From: Oikopleura dioica
Taxonomy: Eukaryota; Animalia; Chordata
NCBI GenBank assembly: GCA_907165135.1
Contig: OU015566.1
Location: 14,074,001-14,138,000 of the forward strand
DNA length: 64,000 nt
Direction: 5' to 3'
This document shows, one piece after another, positions 40,881-53,553 of the stretch (positions within the stretch are counted from its first letter, which is position 1; each line of letters opens with the position of its first letter). A program made the position numbers and the translations under genes. Under the pieces are notes generated by a model that was given only the letters and a program-made list of their open reading frames with translations, was not told where the DNA came from and ran no database searches.

Positions 40881-42143
40881 CTATTTTCTTGGACGGGCGA
40901 GTTTTGGAATGACGGTTTTGATCTCTCCAAGTTCCTGAAATTTTTGAGCAAAAGATCAGGAAAAAACGCTCTACCTTCTTTTCTCCGATAGAAAATGGAG
41001 GTGAAATGGCTTTGCCGACCCTTAGTTTTTGGCCGCACAATTCGAACAGGTTCATCGACTTGACAGCATCAGCCGCTTCCTTTTCTTGTCTTTCAAAGAG
41101 CTGGAAACTTTTACTTTTAAAAAAGTCTTTCACTGAAATGAAAATTCGTTTTCAGCCGTAATTATACTCGATAAAGGCGTTGCCCTTGTTTTCGCTTGTG
41201 ACGTCGTCTTTTGTTAAATGCAACTGCTTGATATCTCCGAAGGGGGAGAACAAGTCGCGGATGTCCGTGTCATCCATATCCTGAACAGAATCATTAACGC
41301 TCTGAGAAACAAGATCAAAGAAGAGAAAGAAAGAGATCTTCATGCTGGAGGAAAAGCTGCGTGGTTTCGCGAAAGTCTGAAACAAAGAACCATCCATGTC
41401 AAAAATGAGTCAATTACCGTTGTTTTAATGTTACAGTTGATTTAATTTCATCAGTCTTTTTTCTTCGGATATATCATGTGATCTGATGAAATACGATATC
41501 CGAAACGGATTTAGATTGATCGAGACTTACTGGCTGAATTCCGGAGACGTAGATGCAGGTCGATCGTTTTGAATCGTAGACGGCTTCGTCGATGGTCTTC
41601 AAATACGGCTGAGCCTGGGTCGGCCGGCCGACTTTGATCGGACGACCCCACATGTTTGCCCCGTTCATTTGCTCGATCGCTAGCTGGGCGGCTTCTGCAA
41701 GCTCGAACCAGATAAACGCGAAACCTATCAAGAAAGAAATGATTTTTGTAAGATTCCCTACCTTTGTGTTTGCCAGTGACGGGGTCGAGATTCAAGTTAA
41801 CAACGTTGATGATCCCAAAAGGCGCAAAAGCATCTCTTAGTTGCGCTTCACTCACTTCGTAAAAAATCGAACCGATGAAGACCTGGCTCATCAGCGACAA
41901 CACTTGCTGAGACTGGACTGAACCTCCATTGATGCCGCCAGACATGAAGCTCTTGGTCTCTTCCTCCTGTTGTTGCATCACGAATCTAACATGAAATCAA
42001 GGAAGAGGACATCGAAAAAATGGTCACCTAACAGATTGTTCCTGGCAGTATCTTTTCGCAGACTCAAGTCGCAATTGCTGCTCTTCATTTAGTCCTGGAA
42101 GGTTGATTTGTTTCTCGCTCTTTTTATAAATTTCTACCGACAT
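40881..42143 (-). CDS. PUF60: PUF60/half-pint splicing factor, RRM1-RRM2 only
   Basis: LPGLNEEQQLRLESAKRYCQEQS, VFIGSIFYE, GKHKGFAFIWFELAEAAQLAIEQMNG, AVKSMNLFELCGQKLRVGKAISPP; start codon approximate. Confidence 0.9.
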
Positions 42144-42288
42144 GGTTGTACCGAAAAGACTGAAAAACAAAAGGATGATTTTTCTTCGTAAGTGAACTTT
42201 TATTTTCCAGGAATGGGTGAAAGTGTTGGGCAGTTAAAAAACTCGGTGAACTTTAAGATAAGTGAAATAACTTCTGGTTATTCTAGTT

Positions 42289-44515
42289 CTAAGCGCGGCC
42301 GGCGGGCAACATCGTCTTCATAAACTCGACTAGATAGTCCGGGAATGGATGGCGGAGCTGGTCAAGTAGATTGAGCAGCTGCTGCTGACGGACGGAGGCA
42401 GTAGGGATGAGTTTCATGATGCTGACTTTCGCTTGAAGAGGAATGTTTTTACTTACGTCCGTGAAAGGCAGGAGAAAGTTCTCGAAGTCGAAGCCCCATT
42501 TGAATGTCAAAGGCTGAAGAGGTGTTAAGAAATGCTCTTTTTTTGTGAAAATTTACCTTGACAGTATCGTTGAAAATTCGTCTTATGCTGATTTCATCGT
42601 GTCGATTCTGCACTTCCCTTGCGATCCATTCAAGAAGCCAGTCTGATCGCTGAGTTGGGTCGATATAGTCGCTAGAATTTGGGTAAATAAACATTTTACA
42701 GAACCCTGTACTTCAAAGGTATATTGATTCTATACTGCACTTTGAGCTCATTCAGCGCCTCCAAGTTGTTGATCAAAAGCTCAATGGACACATCGTAGCT
42801 GTTTTCTTTGCCAGTAAAATCGAAATCCATCTTCATCAAATCCTTCTTCTTCAGAGCGTTCAGAACTTTCAGCGCGTTTTCAGGCCATTTACTCGGCTCT
42901 TCTTGCTCCAAGTTCAGCGCCCTCTCAGATGACCATTTCGGCAACATATTTTGACAGAAACCAGAGTCGGAGATTTCGAAGATCTTTTGGAATGAGCCGA
43001 TGATTGAAATAAGGTCTTCTGAGGGAATCTTCGAAGGGATGAAATCCAACAGTTTGGCCTGGTATTCTGAGTTGATGAGATTTTGGTACGGGAAAAGTAG
43101 CGTTGGAAGTCGTGCAAAATTTTGCGTCTAAAGATGCTCAATGATAATGCGCTTCTGAAAAACTACCTTTATAATTTCCACCATTTGCTGGCTCATCTCG
43201 TCGAATTTCATCAGCGGAATCGTAATTTGCTCATCTACTCCTTCTTTATCGATCAATATTCCGATGTACTGAAGAATCGCGTTTCTCAGCTCTTTATTTT
43301 CCACAATCTTCAGCAGCTCTTGAAAGAACTCGATGTCAGTTATCTTCTTGCTCAAAAATCGCACGGCTTGAAAGTGTCCAGGATCGCTAGCTTTGGACTT
43401 GTCTTGAATTCGATTCTTGAGCTCCGCTTTGTAAATTATTTCTTCGTCGAGTTCGTAGTGGCGCGCAAATGCAAGGGCTTTCTGAAGCTCGTTTCGAGAG
43501 ACGAGCTTTTGGATCTTTTCTTCTGGACCAAGAGGGGTCAGCCAAACAGTTTTGCCGTTATTTTCGTAGACGACGGACACAGAACCAGTACTGTGGTTAC
43601 TCACGTCGGTGCACAGAAGGGACCACTCAACTTTAAGCGCTTTTCCAAGCGAGTCGACTTCGACGAACTCAATTTTGTTGTGGAAGACGAGGACGAGCAT
43701 TTGAACGCTTTCGGAGAAAACATGGCGCTTCATGAAAGAAAGTCGCATTTCGAGAATCCCAGGCGTTTTTCTGACTGCAAGGATGTCCCCAGTGGAGTTG
43801 GAAATACTGTAGATAGCTGAGCATGTTTGGAGAAGAATGAATCGTCGTCCAGCCTGAATTAATTAGACAATCGAAAGCTAATCCGCTCCGAACCTGTAAA
43901 GATTTGATCTCCTCAGACTTCCCCAGTTTCTCATCTCTCGGTAGGTGAACACGCAAATGCCTAAAAACCTCTGGCCCATCTTCAAAAACCCTGATCCGGT
44001 ATATATCCGAGTTTCCCCATGCATAGATGTACTCTGAATCCACAAACGTGAGATCTCTCAATCCAGATGCAAGCTTCAGCTCGAATCGATTTTCCTCCGC
44101 GTAAATGATCAATTTATCAGTCCATAAGATGGCGACGATAAAGTTGGAGACGTTGTGCGAGTAGGTTTTGATTTGAATCGCCATGTCCAGATCGGTTTTC
44201 TGGATATAGAACTCGTTTATTGGATGCTTGTGGCCAGCTGGAAAGACGAAGCCTAAAAAATATTAAAAACAAGCCGTTGAAGATGGCGGTACCTTGCTTA
44301 TCGGTGAAAACAAAGACGGAATCATCAGTCCTCGTGGAAGTGATTTCTTGAACCGGTCGATCGAATGTTAACGGGTTCGACACAGTCCCTGTCGAAGAAG
44401 TCCATCTCAGCGATTTGCTTTCATCTTCAGTCAAAATCGCTTTCGTCGTTATTCCACGAACTCTATCACTATCGATGGGGATTTCTTCGAAGAGATGAAA
44501 CTCCGAACACGCCAT
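42289..44515 (-). CDS. KNTC1: Kinetochore protein Rod/KNTC1-like, N-terminal third only
   Basis: PEEKIQKLVSRNELQKALAFARHYELDEEIIYK, KWSSERALNLEQEEPSKWPENALKVL and LINNLEALNELKVQYRINIPL match recalled Rod blocks in order. Confidence 0.75.
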
Positions 44516-44644
44516 TTCTTCAAGTTTTCGAATGAATCGACGTAGAAAACAAAATAATATTTTGAAGGGATGAGAAAACATAGAAATACAAATTGAGCGA
44601 TTTGGTTTTACAAAAATAAACTATTAGTTTTGACGAAGAATTTT

Positions 44645-45438
44645 CTATTTGGAGTCGCGATCTTTCACGTGTCCGGCTAGCCATGCGATGCCTTCGATAA
44701 TGCCCGTCTAGAAATGTTTTTCCTACTGAAATCAAGGAAGAGAAACTCACCTTATTGATATCTTCTTCTATCGCATTCGACGAAACGATGTTATATGTTT
44801 TTCCTCGTAGCAGTTTCGGAAGATCCAGCAGCTGGGTTATTTCAACTTCTGAACACGAGTCTGCCAGGTCCATTTTATTCGCGAAGAAGAGAAAGACTGC
44901 GTTGTTCTTTTGTATCGAGCTGTCCTCTAAGAAATTGTTGGAAGGGATGAAAAAGGGCCTAAATATCTTGCTCTGAGAAAAAAATGCTTCATTCAATAAA
45001 CTCAAAAAACTAAAGTGAGCGGTTTCGTAGCGAAAAAAATACGGTCGCGATGCGCCCGGAGCCCAGATTGAAGATAAACGACAACAACTTACTGAGAATT
45101 CCCTCAAGCTCATCTTTTGCAACTGCCATCCTCAACCTATCAGCAGAATCGATTACAAAGATCACCGCCTGGGCGTCCTTGTAGTACATTTCCCACATGT
45201 TCCGATACCGCCCTTGTCCAGAAAAGTCCCAAACTGTAAACTCCAGTCCGCCAGCTTGGAACTTTTCGGAGACAAAGCCGACTGTAGGGACGATTTCTTC
45301 AGACCTCTGCTTCGTTTTTGGCGGCTTGAGGCGGTTTATAATTGTTGTTTTGCCGGAGTTGTCGAGGCCGACGCAGACGACCTTGGCTTCAGGCTTTTTG
45401 ACGCCGAAGAGGAGGAGAATTTTATCGAGCAGACCCAT
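44645..45438 (-). CDS. ARL6: ADP-ribosylation factor-like 6 (BBS3)
   Basis: [60 protein letters not shown]. Confidence 0.93.
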
Positions 45439-45722
45439 TTTAGGCGATTTGATTCATTCTATTAAGTTTTCGAATTGAAGCATTTTCGATCATAGAAAAA
45501 TTAATTTATAAAACAGCAGGGAAGTTCATAGAACTTTTTTGAGGGTGTCACTAGAATTGACAAGCTCAAAAAAGTTCCAAATGAAAAATTACTTTTTGAC
45601 AAAGCTCACAACATTATCACATAACATCATGAGGGTTGTATGGAGGCACTACCAGGTAGAGTGAATTAAAAATTAAAGTTTGATGAAGCTTAGAAATATC
45701 AAAATGTGATCAGTGGAAGGGT

Positions 45723-47352
45723 TTACTTCTGAGAAGTGATACGAATATCCTGCAGTTGGATATTCGTCTTGTAGGCTCTAGCAGATGGTCTTTTATTGTG
45801 GAGAGCTGGGTTTGACGCTGACTGACTTATCCGAGGATCAGTACTTGCCCATCTTAGAAAAGGATAGCAAAGATAAAGCTACAAACGACTCACTTCGTGG
45901 ATATGTTTTTGCTTGTTGTTACATGCGTTCTTGTCAAATTCTCCGCAGTTTCTTCGTTCAGCGGATTCATCGGATCATACCCTCTCCGATCTCCAGGGGC
46001 GGTCCGATCAGTAAGGTCCCTGTAGTTGTCCTTGAGTCTATCATTGTGCTTTGCAAACTCAAGATAATAGCACAACGGGCATTGGTTGGGAAATCGGCTT
46101 TCCCGCTTCTTCAACATTTCAATATGGCCAAGCGCGCAGATTCTGCAAATTCTAGCCGTGTGAATGCACTTCGAAAACACGTCATTCATCGGCACAATAA
46201 TCGACACTGGTCGCTTGAGCGTACACACGGTGCATTCGGCGTTTTCGACTTCTAACTTTGGCGTTTGAAAACGATCCCGGCTGATGATCCCTGAAGCGAT
46301 GGAACCGACATCGTCCAGATCTTCTCCGACAGGAGTTTGGAGTTCCGATCGATCTTGAATGACTGGAGGTTGATTTGGCGACCTACGAAAGTAGTCCATC
46401 ACTTTGGCTCGTTTATCAGTGTCAGGGAGCCGGTGATAAGTGCCAATAACCGGTCCATTCATCGGATGATACTGCTGCTGCTGCTGAAGGTAAATCTGCC
46501 GTGGAGGAGTTTGAATGTCGCGATCTGGGTGGGGAACTTTATTTTCAACCTTCAGCTGACCCATTCTCATAACTACAATAGCATGAAACGCGCTCTAGAA
46601 GTTTTTCTTTACTACCCATCGAATGGTCGTTCTCCGGAGTGGAACTACTCATGCGTGTCGAAGAATTGTGCTGGGGAAAATTAACCGCCAATTGTCTCTT
46701 TCTCTCTTCTGGGACGTCTTTTGTTCTGATTGCAATCCTTGATTTTCGTCCAATTCCTTCACGCGTTTTCTTTTCGTCAAGACTTTTCCAGAGCGGCTAG
46801 GAAAAATGATACAACGATGAATTGTGAGAGGAACTAACCTGTAAGAGCTTGTAAACGAGATTTTTCTTTGCCGTTCGTTTATCCCCGCCGACATCGCCCT
46901 TGACCTTCGGTTCGCCGTCGTAGTAAGCTACATGTCCGTTCGATGTCTTTTCTCCTCGGATAAGCTCCGTCTTGATCTCAGCGCCGAGTCCATTAGCAAG
47001 TTCTACGAGAAATTTAGTCAGTAGCATTTAATTATAGCAAACCTAATATATCCAACGCTTTCTCTCGAACATACGTCTCTGGAAACTGAATCGACGCAAT
47101 CAAATTGAAAGCTGCGGAATAGAGCGCTTCTCGTTTACTCGATCCATTTCCCTATCAAACATGACATGAGTTCAATTCTGAAACAAGTACCGTGTACAAT
47201 TCGTCCAAATACTCGAGCGAAGCGTTAAATCCTTGAGCATTCATTCCTTCCTTGAATTTGAAAAACTCGCGCCACGAGCCACCACCGATCGCCACGATTA
47301 TCTGCATTGAATATTTATCGTTCCATTCTGGATACCGAGCGTCAGGCGACAT
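45723..47352 (-). CDS. Two divergent dsRNA-binding domains fused to a C-terminal RING-like finger
   Basis: GNGSSKREALYSAAFNLI and GGDKRTAKKNLVYKLL dsRBD-like ends; CTVC...CIHTARICRIC...CPLC RING-HC spacing; in-frame stop just upstream of ATG 47352; last exon tentative. Confidence 0.65.
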
Positions 47353-47538
47353 GCTTTCTTATTTCGATTCTTCTAAAAAGAGGAGCTCAGTTAGTTTTTC
47401 AATCGAATCTGTTTATTTTATTTATCAGTCGTAAAAATCATGGAAGAAATGGTTGTGAATCCATTATGACAGGTGGGAATCTGAACTTTTGGGATCTCTG
47501 TAGCGACAACTGGCGGTCAAGAAAAGGCAGTTTTCTTT

Positions 47539-49461
47539 CTACTTGTAAATCTTCGAAATCGAATCATCAATCTTGAAATCGACCGAGCACCATCTAAAAA
47601 TCAATCAGTTTACGAAAAGTTTTCAGGGAAAGGGACAATTAAAACAAGAAGCAACAAATGATGCAACATTCCAATTAATATGTTGTCTCGACGGACTAGT
47701 CACGAAATGTACGAAAAAATTAATACTGAGTATGAAATTAAAATAATGAAAGCTGTGACAGAGTAATCATACTTGGACGAAATTGCAGATACAGCATCGT
47801 CTCCTTGATTTCCAGCGTCAGAACGACCAGTTACGTAGCCAGAAGTTTGAGGTTCGTTATGTTGAATTACTGTTGCATCTCCGTCGGGCGACGTTCCCTT
47901 CTGAGTCTGTTGAAGAAGTTCTAGATGGCTCAGATGCTTTTTTAGCGCTTCGATTTCTTTCGTTAGCTTGTCCTCGCTTTTGTCCGGCGAAACTGCTTCT
48001 GTTTTATAATCGCTCAAAAGACTTTCACTTTCGTACGAAACCCCAGAGTCTCGCTTCGATTCCAGCTTGTCAATTTCATCGTAAAGTGTTTCCTTTCTCT
48101 TGTCCAAAGCTCCATTTATTTCGCGCTTGAGGCTGGTCCATAGAGGTTTTAAAAGATTGAAGACAAGATTTTTCTTTGCTGAGGCCTTGCTTTGAGAGAT
48201 TCTACCATGTTCCATCACGCCAGGAGCCAAGTACTTGCATTGAAATTTTTTCGTGCCATCAACCATCACTTCTTCGACTCGGATGTTATCTCGGTTGATT
48301 GGACAACCATTTCGAACAGCAAATTCTAAAAATATGTGAATATAAGATCATAAAGTGGGAGAGATTTCTTACCGAGGATTGCCATGCAGTTTTCTTCAAG
48401 GAATCTATCTAGTCCGTCGAGACAACATATTAACTGGAATGCCGCATCATTTGTGGCTTCCGATTTTCCTTGTCCAATTCCCTAAAAAGATCTTAATTCG
48501 AATTCATCTTCAAAGAAAACTTACCCTGAATGTTGATCCTTCGTAAATGAGTGTAGCATCGTATTTGCCGTCTGTGAGTGCATTCAGCTTGAGTCCAAGA
48601 ATGTCTTTCCAAGAAGCACTTTTTGCGAGTGCGGTCAGAATTGGAATGTAATAGTCGCTATTCCAGTGAGGGAATCTGCCTCTAACGGTGCTCGCTCTTG
48701 AGCCAGTTGAGACTTCTACAGGAGGGCCACTCTTGATTGAGCTTGAAGGAAGGCTTGAGAATGATAGCTCCGTCGAGTTTGTCGATGTCTTCTGCGGTTC
48801 CGGAACAATTTTTATGATCGGCTCCTTCAAAACAGCAACAGGTTCAGGTCTGATAGGACTCATGGGTGGAGATTTCTTCGGTTGAACTCGTACCGCGGGT
48901 CGTTGTGGAGAAGAATTAGGCGTGACCGGCAAATTTTCATTGGCGAAGGTTTTGTCCATCTCTTTCCAGAGAGGCGAAAGAAGCTCGTACGCCAAGAGTC
49001 TCTTTGCATCCTTCTTGACGGCATTTCGAATCTCCAAATCGCTACGGCCAATGTAAGTAGCAACGAATCCACCAGCCGGTGCAGGATTGATTCTCATTTT
49101 ATCAGCCAGAATTCCAGCCCCTTCTCGATTCGCAAGCTCTTAAGAAATTTTAAGTTTGTTAAAAATTATCATTATTACCAAGAAACTGCAAACTATTTGC
49201 CTTCACTATTTCCCGCAAATTTTTGAATGTCTTGAGTAGTTTGAAGGACGCACGATGCTCTGCCTTTTTCTTGCTACTTCCTACTCCTTCAAATGTCTTT
49301 CCATCGTTCTTCAGGCGAACCAAAAACTCATGCTCACCAACTCGCTGTTCTGTAAGCTGGAATTTCGATTTCCAATCACATCCCTTAGCGAGCTGAATAA
49401 GAACGAGCGTGGAATATTGATCCGACCACTTTGGGTACTTGCTCTTTGTTTCTTCGGTCAT
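47539..49461 (-). CDS. Protein with four dsRNA-binding-like domains (two tandem pairs); 3' end tentative
   Basis: FEGVGSSKKKAEHRASFKLL (canonical dsRBD motif), VKKDAKRLLAYELL, GIGQGKSEATNDAAFQLI, SQSKASAKKNLVFNLL; repeated (Y/F)PxW lead-ins. Confidence 0.7.
47627..47699 (+). repeat. Inverted 73-nt copy of the exon segment at 48409-48481 with its own TTTTCAG acceptor
   Basis: 62/73 identical by manual alignment; last 25 nt identical (TTAATATGTTGTCTCGACGGACTAG). Confidence 0.85.
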
Positions 49462-49780
49462 CAATCCTTCTACAAGTGAAACATGCAAAATCAATTCCGA
49501 CAAAATGCAATAATCCACGAATGCGAATTATAAACAACAAGTTGTTTTTTGGGTAATCTTTTATTTTTTCAACCATCACCAGACAGAAAAAAGTGAGGGG
49601 AGGAGTAAAATTGGTACAGGTAGGTTCTGAGAAAGAATCTGGCTTCTGGGCAGGGAGGAACTGGTTCGGAAAAAGTAAGAACTTTTTGGAAAAAATTCAA
49701 TTGTGCACCGATACTGGGGTTTTTAGGAGAGAAGGGGGAGCGAAAGAGGGCAATTTTTAGGAGAGCGACATTTTGCGATT

Positions 49781-50939
49781 TCACAATTTTGCTTTGAGCA
49801 TGGCATCGAGCTTTTCAGCGTCGTTGGCGAATCGGACGATGCCATTGGAGAGGAGATCGACGGCGCAAGGGTCGGTGTTGTGTTCCCATCGGAAGGCCGC
49901 TTCGTCCAAGGATACCTTATCCTGAAAAAGCTGTCAAAAGAGAATCGCTAGAAGCTCGACTGACCTTGGAAGAGTTCTTGGCCTCTTCAGAGCATAAGTT
50001 TCTTGGCAGGTTGTTCGTCTCGCCATCAGCCTTCAAGTTCTCCAGCAAAGAAGGAGCAATGGTCAGCAAATCGCAGCCAGCAAGAGCCTTGATTTGTCCA
50101 ACATTTCTGAAGGAGGCGCCCATGACCTGGGTGTTGTAGCCGTGCTTCTTGTAGTAGTTGAAGATGTCTCGGACGGAAACTACTCCTGGGTCTTCTTCGG
50201 AAGGACCGTCTTTCGCGAAGTTGCCCTTTTTCACATGCCAGTCGAAGATTCGACCGACAAAGGGGGAGATAAGCGTCACTCCAGCTTCGGCACAGGCGAC
50301 TGCTTGGGCGAAACTAATGAATATTGTTGAAAAGGGGACGTAATCAAGCTGACTTACGAGAAAAGAAGAGTCAGGTTGCAGTGGATTCCCTCTTGCTCTA
50401 GTTCTTTGGCGGCTTGAATACCTTCCCAGGTTGAAGCGATTTTGATGAGGATTCGTTCTTTGCCTGAAAAAGATGGTAAACAGGATCTTTATCTGGTCAG
50501 ATAACGTACCGACTCCTCGCTCTTTGAACAAATTGATGATTCGGTGAGCTCGTTTGAGAGTCTCTGCTTTGTTGTAGCTCAATCGAGCGTCACATTCGAC
50601 GGAGATTCTTCCTGGAATCTTCTCCAAAACTTGATTTCCAACAGCGACAAAAAGGTGGTCAGCAGCAATGGCGAGTTTGTCATCTCCTTCGGCTTTCTTA
50701 GCGTATTCGGCAGCGGCTTCGATGTGCTTATCATATCCTTAAAAGGTTGAAAAGGAGAAGGGAAGATAGACATTACCTTCAACCTTCATGGCAGCGAGAA
50801 CAAGTGAAGGATTGGTAGTAGCGTCGGTGGGCTTGTAAAGATCCATGGCAGAGAAATCGGCAGTGTCGGCAACAACAGTGGTCAAAGCCTTCAGGCTTTC
50901 CAAAGCGTTTTCGTGTCGGGTCTTCTTAGTTGGGGTCAT
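49781..50939 (-). CDS. TALDO1: Transaldolase
   Basis: [57 protein letters not shown]. Confidence 0.97.
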
Positions 50940-51232
50940 GCTGTTTTATGCTGAAAATGTAAACTTCCGTTAGTCTTCGTTGATTTCAAGGAAAGTAAAG
51001 GTTTTCATTCAATAGATTTATTTGCCCGTCGTGAACTAAAATAAGTAACCATTTGAGGGAAAGAAGAAGTCACTTGCTCAGGTAATTACAGTTACTGTTA
51101 CATGTGTATCGGCTTTTTACGTAATAATCTGACAGTGAAGAAAATATATTTATATAAAAAATGGTAGATTGTGACACAAACTTTCTTTTTCGTTTTTTTT
51201 CTTTATTTTTTCTCTAGTAGCGAATCTGGAAT

Positions 51233-52793
51233 TTAGTGCGAGAGGATGGGGCGAGCCTTTTCTTCCATCATTTTCTCTGTTTCGGCGACTTCCTTGACCC
51301 AGTCGCTGATTCTGTGGCGCATTCTGTCGATCTACGGAAAGGAACTCGTATGGAAGGTGCGTGGGTGGCGTAGTCTTTTTACCTGATCAACGGAGAGTAC
51401 TCTAGGTTGCACCCAGGTCATATGCACTTTTTCGTCCACCTCATCGATGGTTCCTTTGACAAGATTGAGCGATAACGCGCGGATGATGAGACTTTCTACA
51501 TCTAGAATCAAGTTTTAGCTTCCTATATTTCCTCTAGAAAATTCTGAAGCTTAAGTCCAATCTCAAAATGAAAATGGGAAGATCAAATGCTTTCTGGGCG
51601 TGTCTGATGCCACCCATGAAGAATCTGAAAAATATTTGCTCTTACCAGACTTGGCAAGATTTGTTTTCTCAGCGATTTCAGCGAAGGAAAGGGCACGGTC
51701 GTTTGCAGGTCGGACAAAAGTCATTTCCATCAAGCACATGAGACACATTTTTTCGTAGAGTTTTTGACTAGCCGCCTTGGAAAAGTGAGTTTGATGGAGG
51801 TTTTATGAAGTTGAAGGGTACCTTGAGATCAGCTTGTGTTTGCCACTGGGAGGCAGTGGACTGGAACAAATTAATATCGCCAGAATTGAACGCTTGAAGG
51901 AGATCAACGAGCCATGAGTTTGGAGTGTTTTGAAGAGAGGCAAGGATATCGTGCTGAAGAAGTTCGCCCGTGTTGTACACATCCTAAAACGATCTTGATT
52001 TCTCGTCAGATTCGGGGACTTACTGAAGCTAAAAGGGCGGAAATGCCAATAGAAAAGGCTTTTTCCTGTTTTTCTTCAGCCGAAAGTGATCTAAATAGAC
52101 AGTAAAAAAGCTGTAGAATTGAGAAAATATTACTTCACATCTGCGACTCCAAGGTATTTGAGCGAGTTTTTGTAGTAAAGTCCGTGGTTGGCTTCAATTT
52201 GATAAAGTTTGGAAGCGAGCTCGTAGAATCGACTAAAACACGACCTCATTTTCCGATGGCCAAAACCATGCCTTACCTGTGAACCTGAGGGACAATTCCA
52301 AGACCATCGATTTCTTTCTCGACTTCTTCGATAATTTCCTTGACCTTTTTTCTGTCATCATTGATTCGCAAAATAGTTGCGCCCAAAATAACTTTGATCA
52401 AAATCGTGCTCATCTGGCAGGCAGAAACTTTGGATCCAGCCTTTTCGAGGAATTTTTCAGCATCTTCAAGTTCGGAAATATTCGCGACGGCGCGCTGGAT
52501 GACTTCGACGAGGGAGAGCTTTTTCATCTTTGATTCATATTCGGAAACAAACTGCCTGGAAAAAGCGTAAAAAATCGATTCTAGGAAAGTGAAACTCACT
52601 CATAGAAATTCAAAGCGGAGCAAGTAAAGAACGGCTTCTCCATAAACTCCAAGATCGTCTGGCTCATCTGATGCCACAATTTCTTCTTGGAATACAACTC
52701 AAGCTTTGACCAGTATTCTGCGGCTTCGTTTGGGCAGTCTTGCTGCATCTGGGCGGCCCATGCGGAACCTTTCAAATCGAAGCTCACTGACAT
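51233..52793 (-). CDS. PSMD13: 26S proteasome lid subunit Rpn9
   Basis: [87 protein letters not shown]. Confidence 0.95.
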
Positions 52794-52870
52794 TCTAAAA
52801 AAATAAATTCCTTGATTTACTTTCTCATGATTTGAGCGGCAGAAAAAAGCAGCGCGGAAGCAGCAGTTTA

Positions 52871-53493
52871 TTATTCTGGGCGCTTGAATTGCATCGTATC
52901 ATCTTCTGGCTCTGGATCTTCCGCTTCTAGCTGCCTCTTTTTCTTCTTCGAAAGTGGCTCGTATACAATTTCATCGGTGTCATTATCATCTAAAAATAAA
53001 AGATAAAAGTATCATGAAGTCAAAATTAACTTACAGTTGACTCTATCTGCGTTTTCCCTCGCTCTCTTGATCATTTCCATCGCACTAACATCCTCTCCCA
53101 AATCATCTTCTTCTTCGCCCTCTGGTCTGTTCATCCTTTCCGCAAGTCTCTCCAGCGGCTTATTGAATCCGCCGTAGCTTGCCCTTCCCCATCTAGAAAA
53201 ATTCAATCATCAATCAATACCTTCAAAAACCGCTTTACCTGAGCCCCATACATTCTGCAATCGAAATATCTTCATCTTCCTTGAATTTCACTTCCAACGG
53301 CTGCACTTCTCTGAACCACTGTTCTGGCCGCGTTTTCAACTCTGCTGCCTAGGTAAAGAAATCAACAACCCTTTTCGCTGAGAGAGCGCTTTTTTACCTC
53401 TGCGTCCAAATCAATCGCACTCTCTGCGCGACGCATGAATTTCATACTTCGCAGATTTCTGCTCAAATTCGTCTTCGACCTACGCTCGCCCAT
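52871..53493 (-). CDS. MPHOSPH6: M-phase phosphoprotein 6 (nuclear exosome cofactor)
   Basis: KTNLSRNLRSMKFMRR, WGRASYGGFNKPLERL, DVSAMEM, terminal FKRPE*. Confidence 0.85.
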
Positions 53494-53553
53494 TCTTGAA
53501 TCGAGAAAAAGTAAAAAAAGAAGCTTGAAATTCAAAATATACAGATTTATCAT

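Noticed and set aside
29395-41490. Other CTGATGA/TCATCAG occurrences (e.g. 29398, 30459, 36527, 41448, 41484)
   Set aside because: None is followed by a stem II and GAAA, so they are not hammerheads; no convincing C/D snoRNA terminal stems either.
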